Below are positions 51,475 through 63,700 of a DNA stretch of 64,000 nt, in pieces. Numbering within the stretch: the stretch's first letter is position 1; every line of letters starts with the position of its first letter. A model generated the notes under the pieces. The model was not told the origin of the DNA and did no database searches. It worked only from the letters and a program-made list of their open reading frames with translations. Source of the stretch: Marsupella aquatica. Taxonomy: Eukaryota > Plantae > Marchantiophyta. The DNA is taken from assembly GCA_973895155.1 (NCBI GenBank), contig OZ316897.1:19595224-19659223 (forward strand), given 5' to 3'. Both the position numbers and the translations under genes were made by a program.

Positions 51475-52904
51475 TCAAGCTGGCGCATCCTTTCCGGTGA
51501 TTTCATGTATCCTTTCGGAACTTCGGCGGTTCTTCCAGTCTAAAATTGTCAAGAAGACTAACGCCTAGCTTCTCAGGTTCAAGTTACAGGCGCAAGACAA
51601 TTTTAAGCATAAGCAACCTGGTATGAAGACTTCCGCGCAATGCGTGTACAAATTTTCTTTCAGAAGACGCAAAAGAAGGTTTAGTGTCCTGTTTGAGCAA
51701 GGACTAGCTTTTCTAACTGTACTGGAAGACTCTTTACTGCAAATTATGTGTTCTAAGGTGGCTTCCCGTCGGCTTGGAAGAACTTTCCAACAGACTGCTG
51801 GCCAGTTACAGAGGTTGACTGTCGAGGTCGTTTCACAGGATTACTAGAAATCTGCCGTCTACCTTGCTTTTCAGAAGTCGGAGCATGGGCGGCAAGAGCG
51901 CTGAATGTCCTTCAAATCTACCTTTCCAAGGCCTGTGGCCTCTAGATTGCTACTGTCAAAATTATCTTCTGGTTCTGAAGGCGTAAGTTTAGTAGGTTTA
52001 CTATAACCATCAGACCCTGTGGATGCTCCTTCTTGGTTGCTGGTTCTCACATTGTTCCGTATGATGTCTTCATTCACAGCTAAGCGTCTTTTGCCTCGAG
52101 TGGGACGAGAAAATTCATCCAAATATATCTTCTTTGGAGCCTTCTGAACTCATGCCATCATTCCCTTCTTTAGATTTATCATTGCTGGTCTGCCATATCC
52201 TTTGATTGAGGAGCAAAATCAAGTTGTACATCATTATCGCCCGTAGAGCACATGATGCAGGAATTTCATGATTCCTTTCTGTTTGCCTTTAGGTTTGTCT
52301 GAAGTTGTTTCTCTGGAGTTAAATTTCTGTTTCTTTGGTGACAATGTCGTTTCTGATGTCCCTGCTCCAGTATTTGAGAAGAAGCTTTCAATAGATTTCG
52401 TCCCCTGGAATTCAATCATAGCAACAAATGTTAGTGATGTACACAAAAGAACAGCGACTCAAAACCAAACCAGCCGTACAGTACAACTAACTCGATCTCA
52501 CAGGTGAGCATTCCTAATATTGGCAAGCTGAGCATAAATGTAGAAATACAGAAAGGTACAAATGTGTGGCAACTTCTGGAAAAAATCTTGCTTGTAAACA
52601 ATACCTGTGCACCGAGGTCCTGAAAACCACTTGAAGCAAGTGCTAATCTAATGCACGGGAAAGTTCCCTCCAGTCGCTTGAACATATTATAAGCCGCATC
52701 TTCCAAAACTCTCGCTAGAGCTTTTGACTTTTCCGCTACCACCACGCCAAGAACTTCTGTATGATCTTCAGCAAGATCTTCAGCTACAGCCATATCAAAG
52801 TACTCACTGCGTTGGTCTTCGGCAAAATAGGATCATCTTCTACTGGTATGTTGCTGCTCATCTTCAAGTGGTGGTTCCTTCAAGTGCCCCATCACCTCAC
52901 CTGT
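51475..52904 (-). pseudogene. 3' part of a Y-family DNA polymerase (Pol eta/POLH-like) gene, decayed; upstream exons displaced by the Copia insertion
   Basis: ARVLEDAAYNMFKRLEGTFPCIRLALASSGFQDLGAQ|GTKSIESFF (intron 52604-52405) resembles the end of the Pol eta little-finger domain plus a PIP-like motif. Further PIP-like motifs are QKGIMKFL and QQSVGKFF. There is an in-frame TGA at 52833-52835 and more stops downstream. The catalytic domain is not in the window and the 3' boundary is approximate. Confidence 0.55.
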
Positions 52905-53026
52905 CTGGTGAGAGGAAAATGAACTTAAAGAGAGTAAATTCAAGACAACATGAGGCACGCATGGACCATGATTGCTATGATCTTTTGCGTGCTTGGACCC
53001 ACCAGAGCGATAATAAAGCCGTAGGA

Positions 53027-53351
53027 TGTTAGGATTTACTCTTAGGTCTAGAGTTACCACTGTACCGTAGTTAAGGCTAACCTTAGTCACAGACTTGGTT
53101 AGGTTATAACCAAGCGGTGTTTGCTTGGAAAGTGAGAACTCAGGCTCATTGTTACGGAGCTAGTTGAGAGATACAGAGAGCTTGCGCTGTGGATGCTTGG
53201 TATGGCTGGTCGGCCTAGAGTGCAGTAAAGCTTGTGTGTGTTCCTGTGGACGTAGCCTCATGTGGAGGTGAACCACGTATCTCTCTGTGTCAACTCTTGT
53301 GCGTTGGATGGTTCATGGGCTTGCCGTTGTGATTGTCGTCTATGCTCAACA
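53027..53351 (+). repeat. 5' LTR of the Ty1/Copia element (325 bp)
   Basis: Starts TGTT (53027) and ends AACA (53351), 2 nt before the PBS. The left boundary is inferred from the TGTT/AACA termini; the predicted 5-bp TSD is TAGGA. Confidence 0.75.
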
Positions 53352-53353
53352 AT

Positions 53354-53365
53354 TGGTATCAGAGC
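53354..53365 (+). promoter_or_regulatory. Primer-binding site complementary to tRNA-iMet
   Basis: TGGTATCAGAGC. Confidence 0.95.
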
Positions 53366-55442
53366 ATGCCTGGGAGGTGATGAGGTTTTTTCGTGATGGT
53401 TTTCCAGCATTCATTATCGATGTTGCATTCGGAGTTTCGTCCCATGAAACTCGAATGTGTGTCGCTGAGCGGATAGATTAGTGAGAGGGCTTTCTATCGG
53501 TGTATAGAACTCACTGGTTAGTATCCATTGTGTGGAGGAATCGGAATTTGCATCATTCAGGATTTATTCGTGTTCGACGGTGTTTCGGGGGAGAGACCAT
53601 TTGAAGTTCGTGTTTTTCAACGGTGTGAGCTGTGTTATGCGACAGGCATTGCATGTTATAGCTCAAGTTGGAAGTTGATGCAAGCTGATCTCGGTAACTG
53701 AGTTGTTGTTGAGTGGTTACCGAGTGCGTCGTGACGTGTGAAGGAGGCGTTCAGATTTTTTCACAGGCTATGGAGCTTGTTCCCATCTGAACCGGGTTTC
53801 TCATCGTCACGTCTGACTCGGAGAAAGAAACGTGAAGTGCTATGGCTCAAAGGAGAGATAACGGCAAAATGGTCGTTTTGAGTCCAGGATTGGCACATGA
53901 CACGGAGTGAGCGTGACACGGCGAAAGGTTTTTTCCCTGCTAGGTTTGCAGACTATGCCGACGCAATTTGGAAACTTTTCATGTCAACGATGTTCACTTT
54001 GCTTGTTTGCCCATACTTGTGCGTCAAACCCCGGCCCTATACGGCCGTATTTTTTGTTAAAGGGGGCCTGTAAAACCCCCCTTAAGGCCCGGTTTTTTAT
54101 TTATTTCCTCCCTTCTCCTTATTGGTTGTGCCGAGTGTCGGGACCTTCCACCCCCGACTTTAACTGGCTGGACAGAAGGAATGGCCCTCTGTGAGACCTG
54201 TCCGAATGTGCGGGAATATTCCCAAAAAACATAGAGCTATTTTTTGGCCATCTGACAAAGATTCCGCGCACAAAATGGTAACTTTTTTGGTTCTTTTTCG
54301 GCGAGGTCGTAGCCATTGAAGTTAGCAACGCGGCGCACCAATGAAATTGCGATTCCAACGACGGGTTGTACTTGGCATTTTGATTATTCCTTGCGGTGGT
54401 CAAAATGGGGGAGTTTCCCAAGGTTTTACCCACCCGACCAAAATTTGTATAACTTTTTCATCGAATTTTGATTTTGATTTTGATTTTGATTTTGATTTTT
54501 AGTGTTGGACTCCTAGCTTTGTGGGCTATGCGGCGGTGTTTAGTTTTGATTTTTTTGAGAAGAAATGAAATTTTTCCGTGATTTGCTCATATGTGTGATT
54601 CAGAGGAGATTTTTAAAGACGTGGAACTTGAAGCACGAGGATGACCACCGCAGTTTGAGGTGGAGAGAGAGGAGCAAGAGGAAGAGCATGTGACACCAGT
54701 ACCATCACCGGTGCAACATGTGGTGGAGGAAGCAGTTCTACTATCGGAGCTCACGGTAGTGCCAAAGAAGAAGATGGGTACGTTCAAGCTTGGGGGACCC
54801 AAGTATGAAGTGACAAAGTATGATGGGCGCTTTGACTACTTGCTATGGGAGAAGCAGGTGAAGGGAGTGCTCTATGCTTCAGGAATGGGCCAATTGTTGA
54901 GCCCTCGTGAAGACGATGTTGATGAGAAACAATAGGATCGCATGTAGGAGCAGGGAGTGTGGTGTGTTACACTCTATCTCATGCCTCCCATCATCAAGCA
55001 GTTGGGTGCACATAAGGACTGCATATCCTTGTTTGCGAAATTGTATCTGAGCAAGTATCACCACAAGGAGTTGTCAAACCGGCTCTACACGTCTTACAAA
55101 CTGATGAGTTTTAGGATGAAAGAATCCGGTATGAAGTTGTAGGACCATGTGGATGCTTTCAACGACATGGTCGTTGACTTGGAAAACCTTGGGGAGACTT
55201 TGAATGATGAGACGAAGGCTCTGCAGCTTCTCAGTTCATTGCCTCCATCTTACCAGCCCCAATCATGGGTATTGTTGCATCGTGATAGGGATACCATTTC
55301 ATACAATGACATGGTAAGTTCTCTGCTTAGTGATGATCTTCAGCAAAAGATGCACATCACGTCACAACCTTCATCATCTGGTGCTATCCTCAATGTTAAC
55401 CTTGGAAGGAGTATGCACCGACCAACTGGGGACCGTAGAACC

Positions 55443-56733
55443 CCCTGGACCCTCACTCTCACTATATTAAGTGAACCCCCCTAAGAACAGACACCCCCCG
55501 TGTACCCCTTCTTAATATTTTTGTTCACAAAAAAAATCCCCTTGTTAATGTAAAAACATTATTTTTTCCTATAAAAATTTATCCTTTTGTAAATTATAAC
55601 AGAGTTTTTCAAGGAATTAAAAAAACCCTTGAATTTTTAAAAATTGTAAATATCATACTGAAACATAAAAGATTCTACTGCATAGGGGAATATTATGTTA
55701 CGCTGATGTTCACGATACATATTTTATATAGATCATAACAAAATTAGTACTAAAGATTTATAATTCTTCCTAGAGTATATGACTATAACTCAGGCAACTT
55801 GTAGACCTCATAGAGATAAAGTGAACTAGTACAAATGCATTATTATGCTATGCTATATCCTTGGAGGAATAATTGCATATATACTACTTATGTAAACTCC
55901 AATTGCTAAATTATTCTATCTTGACTAAGAATGGTATGACATCAACCATTAACACCAAATGATAAGTAGAGTTTTTGGCAACTTCTTTCATGCAACCTGA
56001 CACATCAAACCACACATTAATCATACATATTCTAGACACAAAGTACTAATAATACAAAAAATGACTACTGAAAATTGTGGAGAGTAATACCATCAAATCT
56101 CCTTTGGCTGAAATTGTTACTTAGACATGGTGGGTAATTTTCCTGCCATCTCTGCAATCGAACAACTGTGAGCACCGGGTACCCCCCCCCCAACCCAATG
56201 ATCAAGGGAGTACACCACCCCACACACAAACACACCTGGCCTCATACCTGGCCATTTGATTCAAGGGAATTCAAAAGTAATCTTGTTTGTCTATGTGGGA
56301 TTGATTCATGGGTCCCCATCAATCCCAGAACCCCAAACGAGTTGGGCCCCAAAATCCTGGCCCAACATTTACTTAACTCCCAACTTAACACATGCGGGTA
56401 AACAAGTCTACCATGCAAACCCATGAAACCAAACTTGCCTTAAGAGGATAAATAATTAAATGTCTGATTTACTATATGGACATGTGTGCCAATGAAGTGA
56501 TGACATGTGTGCCAACCATATAGTGACACGTGTCCTTGGCATTTTAGGTACCCTTGCATAAGATTAATGTGACATGTATTTGATAAGAGCCTTATTACTA
56601 ATATTGTGATGAATGTATATACATGGATGTTGCCTACTTTAAAAATATTATAAAAATTAGTTTGCATTACATTAAAAATACCCTTGCGTTATTCGCACGT
56701 CCTCCTTGCATTAGTAACGCTGAGGGCCCAGGG
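55443..56733. mobile_element. Non-autonomous TIR element (1291 bp) inserted in Copia gag, with an 8-bp TSD GTAGAACC
   Basis: TSD at 55435-55442 and 56734-56741. Imperfect TIRs CCCTGGACCCTCACTCTCACTA / CCCTGGGCCCTCAGCGTTACTA match at 17 of 22. Removal restores gag GDRRTQFRSKSRSKSRGK. AT-rich interior with no transposase. Confidence 0.9.
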
Positions 56734-56951
56734 GTAGAACCCAGTTTAGATCTAAATCCAGATCTAAGTCCAGGGGAAAATTCCCTCAGAGAAGGCAGGT
56801 GACATGTTGGAAGTGCAACCAGGTTGGACACTTCAAGCGAGACTGTAAGGGAAAGGCAGCTGACTCTTCATCGGCAAATGTGGCTAGGGCTAATGGAGAT
56901 GTTGAATACTCAATGATGAGTATATATTATGAAGCCAGGGGTATGCCCTGT

Positions 56952-57587
56952 GGCCTCATTCACATTTGGGTGTACCTCGCAGGAACCACTTTCAGGACTC
57001 AAAAACATGTTTTTTTAGTGAAAAATGACTTTCGTAACATGGAAAATAGTTCATCATGATTTTATCTCAAGACAGTCTAATTTTTTCACAAGACTATTTT
57101 ACATGGTATAACCTACCTCACCATGTAGATACATCAAGTTTTCAACTGTTTTAAGGGATCCTGTTATTGATGGCCCTAAATAAGCCAAAATTATTGATTA
57201 TTTTTGTCCTGTACATAAAGGTTTAGTGTGTGTCACTATTTAAGTTTTGAAATATAAGATTATGCTATTAGTATGCATGCTTTGGTAAAATTTCATTGTC
57301 TAAAATGCATTTTTTAGAGTCCTTTTGAGTCCTGAAATGATGTGACCTGTTGCGTGACAAGTCCTTTTATCAATCTTTGAAGGACATATAAGGAAAACTT
57401 CAAAGTCTCAAATGCTAGATAGTTTAATGAATGTTACCAACCTATAGGATGTTTATTAAACTGTATAGTACATCAAATTTTCTATATCATCTCATTACAC
57501 CCTAAAAATGATATCCTAAAGCATAATAAACTATGGTGACTTTTGAGTGTGACGTTCCTTTTGGGTCCTCCAAATGTGAATGAGGCC
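56952..57587. mobile_element. MITE (636 bp) between the Copia zinc knuckle and protease; 18-bp perfect TIR, apparent 4-bp TSD CTGT/CTAT
   Basis: GGCCTCATTCACATTTGG at 56952 and CCAAATGTGAATGAGGCC ending at 57587. Removal restores GYALCTSSRRVDDVWILD. An internal inverted pair is ttcaggactcaaaa / ttttgagtcctgaa. Confidence 0.9.
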
Positions 57588-58838
57588 CTATGCACGTCAT
57601 CTAGGAGAGTAGATGATGTGTGGATTCTTGATTGTGCTTGCTCCTTTCACATTTGTTACATTCGTGAGTTTTTCAGTTCTTACTCTGTTTCAAATGGTTC
57701 AGTTCTGATGGGAAATTATCACTCCTGTCAAATTGAGGGTATTGGGTCTGTGAAGATTCAAATATTTGATGGCGCTGTGCGCACAGTGTCTGGAGTCAGG
57801 TATGTACCTAGCATGCGTAAGAATCTAATTTCACTCGGTGTGTTGGATTCAAATGGTCATCAATGGAGCGTAATTGATGGTGAACTTCAAGTCAGGTCGG
57901 GAGAGACCATGATTTTGAAGGGGAGCAAACAGAAGGATTTGTATGTGTTGCAGGGCAATACTGTATGTGGAGAGGCCAATGTAACCAAGTCTCACGAGGA
58001 AATGACTCAACTGTGCCATTCACGGCTAGGCCACATGAGTGAGAAGAGTTTGGCTATCTTACGGAAAAATGGACTCATTTTTTATTTGCAATCGTGTAAA
58101 TTAGAGTTTTGTGAGCATTGCATTCTTGAAAAGCAGCATCGTCGTGCTTTTGGTGTTGGAACACATTGAACACGAAGCCTTAAAGGATGGGTAATAAGCC
58201 CAATGTATAAGAACTAATGATAAAAAACCTTGAAAATATGGAGAAAGGCAAAAAATGCATCTAAAAACAAGCTCTTTTTTTGGCAAGAACTCAAAACTTG
58301 CAAAAAAACACAAAATAGGGCATCATTTTGACTACTCAAAATCACAAAACTGGTTGTGGGAAATATTTAATAAGCAAATACCACATATTTCAATGTTGCA
58401 ATTTACTACTTGCACACATTCAATCGGCTCAATAACACATTCACCCTTGAAACACCACCCTAAAGTTCATTGACATCCCAAATATGTAAAGTTTTTAAAA
58501 GAGGGTCAAGATTTCCAAATTATTTTGCAGTTTGTAGGATCCTAGGGTTCATTTACCAAGAAAAACCATCATTCACACAAAGGGAATGACGAGTATATCA
58601 AAAGCTTCCAAATATATATGAGATTCTAGAAGGTACCTCTTTTAGTTGATATTTTGTTTTCTGAATTTCTCAAACAAGACTGCCCACACAATGGACATTC
58701 TCAAAATGTCAAACTTCTTTCAATATCATTCATGAATTCATGAATTCATCATTCACAACATTTATGGTTTGCCACCAACTCAAACAATAATAAATTGCAA
58801 ATACTCTTGTTTGACAAAATTGCTAAGATTGGTAAATC

Positions 58839-61800
58839 TCAATTCCTACCATTCATTTCTAGAGGAACTTCCATTGAAGTTTCTTGTTGATAATTTCTAA
58901 CTATGCTACCTTCACCTTCTTGGTCTTTCTCCTCCTTGAGAAATTCTGAGAGTCGTATTTTAATACGATCTATTGTTTTCTTGTAAAGAGTATCAGACCT
59001 TGTTAGCATAAAATTATATGCAAAGACCGTAGTTGAAGACAGATCAAGGTCTTGACGAAACCAAACTGGTTTCAAGGTTCCCTTGCCTCGTCCACTTTTC
59101 TTCTTCTCGTAACTCAACACTTCTGGCAGATATTTTCCTTTCCAAGGGTCGGATCCTTTCTTTGCTGCATGCCACAGAACTGAGATAATCTTTGGGATGT
59201 GAGCCTCATCGCGAAGAACAATTTTTTCTACTTTAGCCACCCAAAATGATTCAGACTTCTCTCCGGCCACAGAAATAAATGTGTTGATTTCCAAATCAGA
59301 AAAATCACCTTCCATATTCTCCTTCTCTGCATCTATCTTTTCTTGATTTCGATATGGACCAACATAAATTTCTCTAGTTGGACCGTACACTCTCTCTTCA
59401 ATTTCTTCCTCATTCAATATTGTTGTAAGAGGTTCAGCTCCGAGATCAGCTTCAACATTTGTATCCCCTTGTGCCTTGGGCCATTCAAATGGAGAGATCA
59501 AAGGTCTTTCTTCAAGCAAGAGAGATCGATTGAATTCTCTTTGTTCCTCAAAAAAAGAAGTCCACCAAACAACTTCTTCCGAGAGAATAATATCTGAGCT
59601 GCAAATATACCTTTTTGAATTTCATTCAAACAATCATCCATTTCGGACAGGGCCATTTTTCCTGAAGATGATACATGAGCTTGATTTCCCGCCCTTCCGT
59701 CATCTCGTTTCTTGTCTCCTTTCTTGATAAGTGGCATCCCATCAGAGCACCCAATCACCTTTGGTGGCATGTCTTCTTTCAACAATTTAACACCTCCTTC
59801 TGGTTTCCAAACTGAGTCGGTGGAAAATTTCTTCCCCCATTGTGTTGGAACTTGATCATCTTCACAAGCAAAAGAAATTTTATATTGGTGATGAAAAGTA
59901 ACATTTCGTATCCTTTCTCTGATCAAAGCAGGCTCTGAGAAAGCAAATTTTCGAAAATCATATGTCTCATTTAAAAGGGTAATTTCAGGTTGGGGTTGGT
60001 AAGATTCTTGAATAATCTTACATAAACTATCATAGACCGTAAAGGCCTTAAATCTTCCAAGCCTTTTTGAGAACCTACTAAACATCTGATCTATTTGATC
60101 ATGGGTGTGTCCAACTAAGAGGAATCCAACTTTGATTTTTTGAAATACCTTTTTTTGTACCAGCATGTGAAGATATGTGAAAAGTAAATTGTTTTTGTTT
60201 TCCCTACTTGTATTGTCAAGCTAAAGGTAAAAAACTGGTGGAAGGCCCCCATACTTCTCTTGGTATTCTAGGAATACTCTTTGTAAAATAGTAATGGTAA
60301 GATTTCCATCATTATGGAGAACTGGATAATTAAGGAACACCCTAGAAAATAGTGCTCCGTGGAAAAGAAGACAACCAACCACATGCATTTGGATTAAACA
60401 GGCCTCATCAACGGATTTTGGAGGACGTGGCCAATGGGGTAATCTAGTCTTTTTTTGATCCATTCCATCAATCACAACTCCCAAATATTTTTCTAGGTTT
60501 GTGAAACATTTCTTTCGATGCTTTGCTAGTTTTTCCCGCTCTTTTGATTGTTGTTCTCGATGTTTTTGTAACATTATTTCTCCTCTCCCTGCAATGAATC
60601 AAAAAATGGTAGAGCAAAGTTGTTAACTTGAAATTCATTCCTAATGTTTAGCCATTACTCAATTGATTTCCTGACAAATCTAATACAAAGACATGTTCAA
60701 AACAACAAAAATGAAAATGACTTACGTTTTTCAGTTTCAGAGACTCCTTTGTCTCGAATCGTTTTGAATTCCTCACAGTCCGCACAAGCACTAAAACGAT
60801 TCACAGGAGGAATCTTCACATGCCCAAAGTCTTGTGACCATACTTTCAAAAATTGCCGATATGATATTTTGGATGACTCATCAATGATCACATAGCTTGA
60901 ATCATATATTTTCCAAACTTCTAGTTTGGAATAATTATCAGGCAAATGTGAAACATCTTTATTTGGTAGAGTCTCCACACGCGTCTCAAAAAAAGACTTC
61001 AACCAAGAGCTCAATACCAATGTTCTCACAGATGGAGGTCGACCAGCCGGTCTAGGATAAGCAAGATCTTGATTGCCTAGCTTCTTGATCCTATTCAATC
61101 TCTCATTTCCTACACAAAAGACCATCTTGAAAGCTTTCCGACACACATCTCTTTGTCCAATCATGTATGTGACATTGGACCTCCCCTCTTCATTTCTGTC
61201 TTGCTTGACGAGCCACTGCAAAGATAAAGATCGATCCTGAGATTTTTGCCTCAAAAACTTTGAGCGTGCTTCACGAATTTTTTTTGGTGAAAGACTCAGG
61301 AGACAATGACGTTGACAGCAGTACTTACGATTTGTCTTCTTGATATCCTCGTCTGTCATCTTTGTTTCACACAAGCTGAGATTTGACGGTCGTTTATTAG
61401 CCATCATAACTCTCTCTGCAGGCTCTCCATCACTCTCAGAAGAAGATTCTTCGATTGAAGAAGATATCTCCACAAGTTTATCGAGTTGGTATGCAGACAA
61501 ACCCCTCCTCACCCGGCCTCGAGCGGGCCCTCGAGGACTCAATGGCTCCTCCTTCACTCTCAAAATGAGTGAGTTTGATCGATTTCCATCTGAATCCCCA
61601 AAGAAACCACCTTCGGTTGACTCTCTTGGCCTCTTGTTTGGAATCTCCTCAAAGACCTTCTTGCCCTTGTTGTATGCCGACTTAGATCCGCTTCCAACCT
61701 CAGCCAAACGATCAAAGTTCCCTGGAGATCTTCTCAAATTGATCCTCTCCTTGTTCGAATTAGTCTCAGTTCCAAGCGGCCTCCTTGTTTCCGCTCTCAC

Positions 61801-62310
61801 TCCTTCTTGAAATCTGAAAGATGTAGGACGAGAATACTCACTCTCTTTCATTGGTGCATGTTGCACACCACGACTTTCCCGGAGTGCACAAAAATCCACA
61901 TTTGGGCTTTCACAAGGCATTTTTGACACATCTCCAGATCTGGCCTTCATGAATTCATGAGTCCTCTTTTTCACATCTCCACTATGTTGAGGGCCTACAG
62001 AACGCACACCCAATTTAGCCCCCCTTTGAGAAGGATTCGATAATACTTGACGGCCAGGGGGACTTGTACTCTCAGATGAGTCCGAAGACTCAGAGTGCTC
62101 ACTCAGACAAGGACCAAATACTTTTTGCTGAATATTTGGTACACTTAGAGCCTTTCCTTTCAACTTACTCATTGGAGTTGGGGGAAGCATCTCCAAGATA
62201 GTGGTTTTACTAGGAGCATCTGGAGAAGTAACAGGACAAGGACAATCCGGGAAGGAAACATCATCCGAAATACCATCAGAATAATCGTCTGACTCATAAC
62301 AGGCTGCCAT
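58839..62310 (-). pseudogene. Sola-type DDD transposase, about 1110 aa when repaired; exons 62310-60726 and 60588-58839; one nonsense mutation and one 1-bp frameshift
   Basis: Motifs CCQRHCL, VCRKAFKMVF and FSACADCEEF..H (Zn), VIDGMDQ, FYL*LDNTSRENKN (CAG to TAG at 60221-60223) and FLLVGHTHDQIDQMFS. A phase-1 GT-AG intron lies at 60725-60589. A frameshift near 59580 leads into EEVVWWTSFF...FWVAKV. Confidence 0.85.
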
Positions 62311-63284
62311 TTCAAAAATTGCACAAAACTCACAAGGGAACACCTAGAACACCAAATGAACTCAAACTGAAAAATCGAAATGAGATATAGTCATGAATAC
62401 GAAGCCCCTTTTATAGATTTTGGAAATAACTCAAAAACTTAATTAGCAATAAAATAAGAAAAAGGGCCACGCCCTTCATTAGTAATTAGTGACAAGGAAA
62501 GAAATCTTTCATGAGAAAATAGTTTATTATTTATCCAAATCTCACAGGTTTACTTATGTTTTCAGGTCTTCTCATAATTTTATTTTTTACTTAAAGCATA
62601 TGTTTTCATGCCAAACTCTTAAGATAGTGTATCAGTAATGCATTGGTCATTTTTACCCCATGTTTTCTTTGATGTTTTTGGAGACTACTCAATTGCAACA
62701 AAAAATGTCTTCGATGACCTCTGTTTTTAGAGGTTTTTTTGGTTTTTCTTGTATTTCTTTTACCCATGGTATTTGTTATTTTGGGCCCAAATTTTGACTT
62801 TTTACTAGATTCTTTCAAAATGATACTTGATTCCCTTTCATGAATTCATGAAGGGTTACGACCTTCCTGGATCCTGAAGTGGAGGTGGCGAAAGCTTCAT
62901 GAATTCATGAACCCAAAAATTAGAAAATGCTAAGTTTGAGACAAATTGGACTGTCAGGTGCTTGGAGTGTGGGCGTGCATCTGCAAAGGGCGAACGGAAA
63001 GGAAGCTTGGCGAAGAGCTATGGTGGGCTGATGCTTGGTGCTGTGGAAAGCTCTTCCCTCAGTGATTGGTGTGGTCTGAATAGGAGTTGGGTTGAATCCC
63101 TAAACTGGAACGAAAATCGGGGGCGGACCAACATTTGGTGCAGCTCTGTAATTTCCTGACTGTTGAGGCGCAGATCGGTCGTGGAACAGAGGATTAATTG
63201 TGGAAGGGAGTGGAAGAAATTTGGTTAGGAGGCAGCAAGATCAAAAGCTGTCGTGCAAGTTTGCGCTCGGGAAGGGGATTGTCT

Positions 63285-63700
63285 CAGGCCTGGGGGGAAA
63301 TTGGAAAAATTCGGGGGAGGGGGGAGAAATTCTTGAAGGCCAGGGGAGGGAGGCAAAATTGGCAAAGGCCGGGGGGAGGAAAAATTGTCGAGGCGCAGCC
63401 AGGGGCGCGAGGAAGAAGCGCCGGCCGAGGGGAGGGGAAAAATTGTCAAGGCGCAGCCAGGGGCGCGGGGAAGAAGCGCCAGCCTCGGGGAGGAAAAATT
63501 GGCAAAGGCCTAGGAGAGGAAATAGTGTCGAGGCCGGGGGGAAGAAAAAGTGTCGGGGCGCGAGCGAGGGGGGAAGAAAAATTGTCGAGGCAAGGGGCGC
63601 GAGCGTCAAAGGTTGGGGGAGGGGAAATAGTCGAAGCGCCAGGGGAGGAAGAAATTGGCGAAGGCCGGGGGAGGAGAAACTATCGAAGGGCCAGGGGAGG
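63285..63700 (+). repeat. G/A-rich degenerate tandem repeat (GGGGAGGAAAAATTG...-type units, about 27-58 bp) upstream of the transposase
   Basis: Recurrent gggga(g)gaaaaattg(tc/gc)..aggc blocks, with near-identical ~58-bp copies at about 63375 and 63433. Confidence 0.8.

Larger units (their letters stand above)
53027..58167 (+). mobile_element. Ty1/Copia LTR retrotransposon (Tnt1/Tork-like), defective and interrupted three times; integrase core, RT, RNase H and 3' LTR not in the window
   Basis: Gag motifs KYDGRFDYLLWEKQVKGVL, SNRLYTSYKLMSFRMKE and KALQLLSSLPPSY; zinc knuckle CWKCNQVGHFKRDC; protease WILDCACSFHIC; VRYVPSMRKNLISLG; integrase HHCC (HSRLGH...CEHC). Three TAG stops in gag. Confidence 0.95.

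Noticed and set aside
61340-61810. 156-aa + strand ORF
   Set aside because: Antisense to the low-complexity N-terminus of the transposase.
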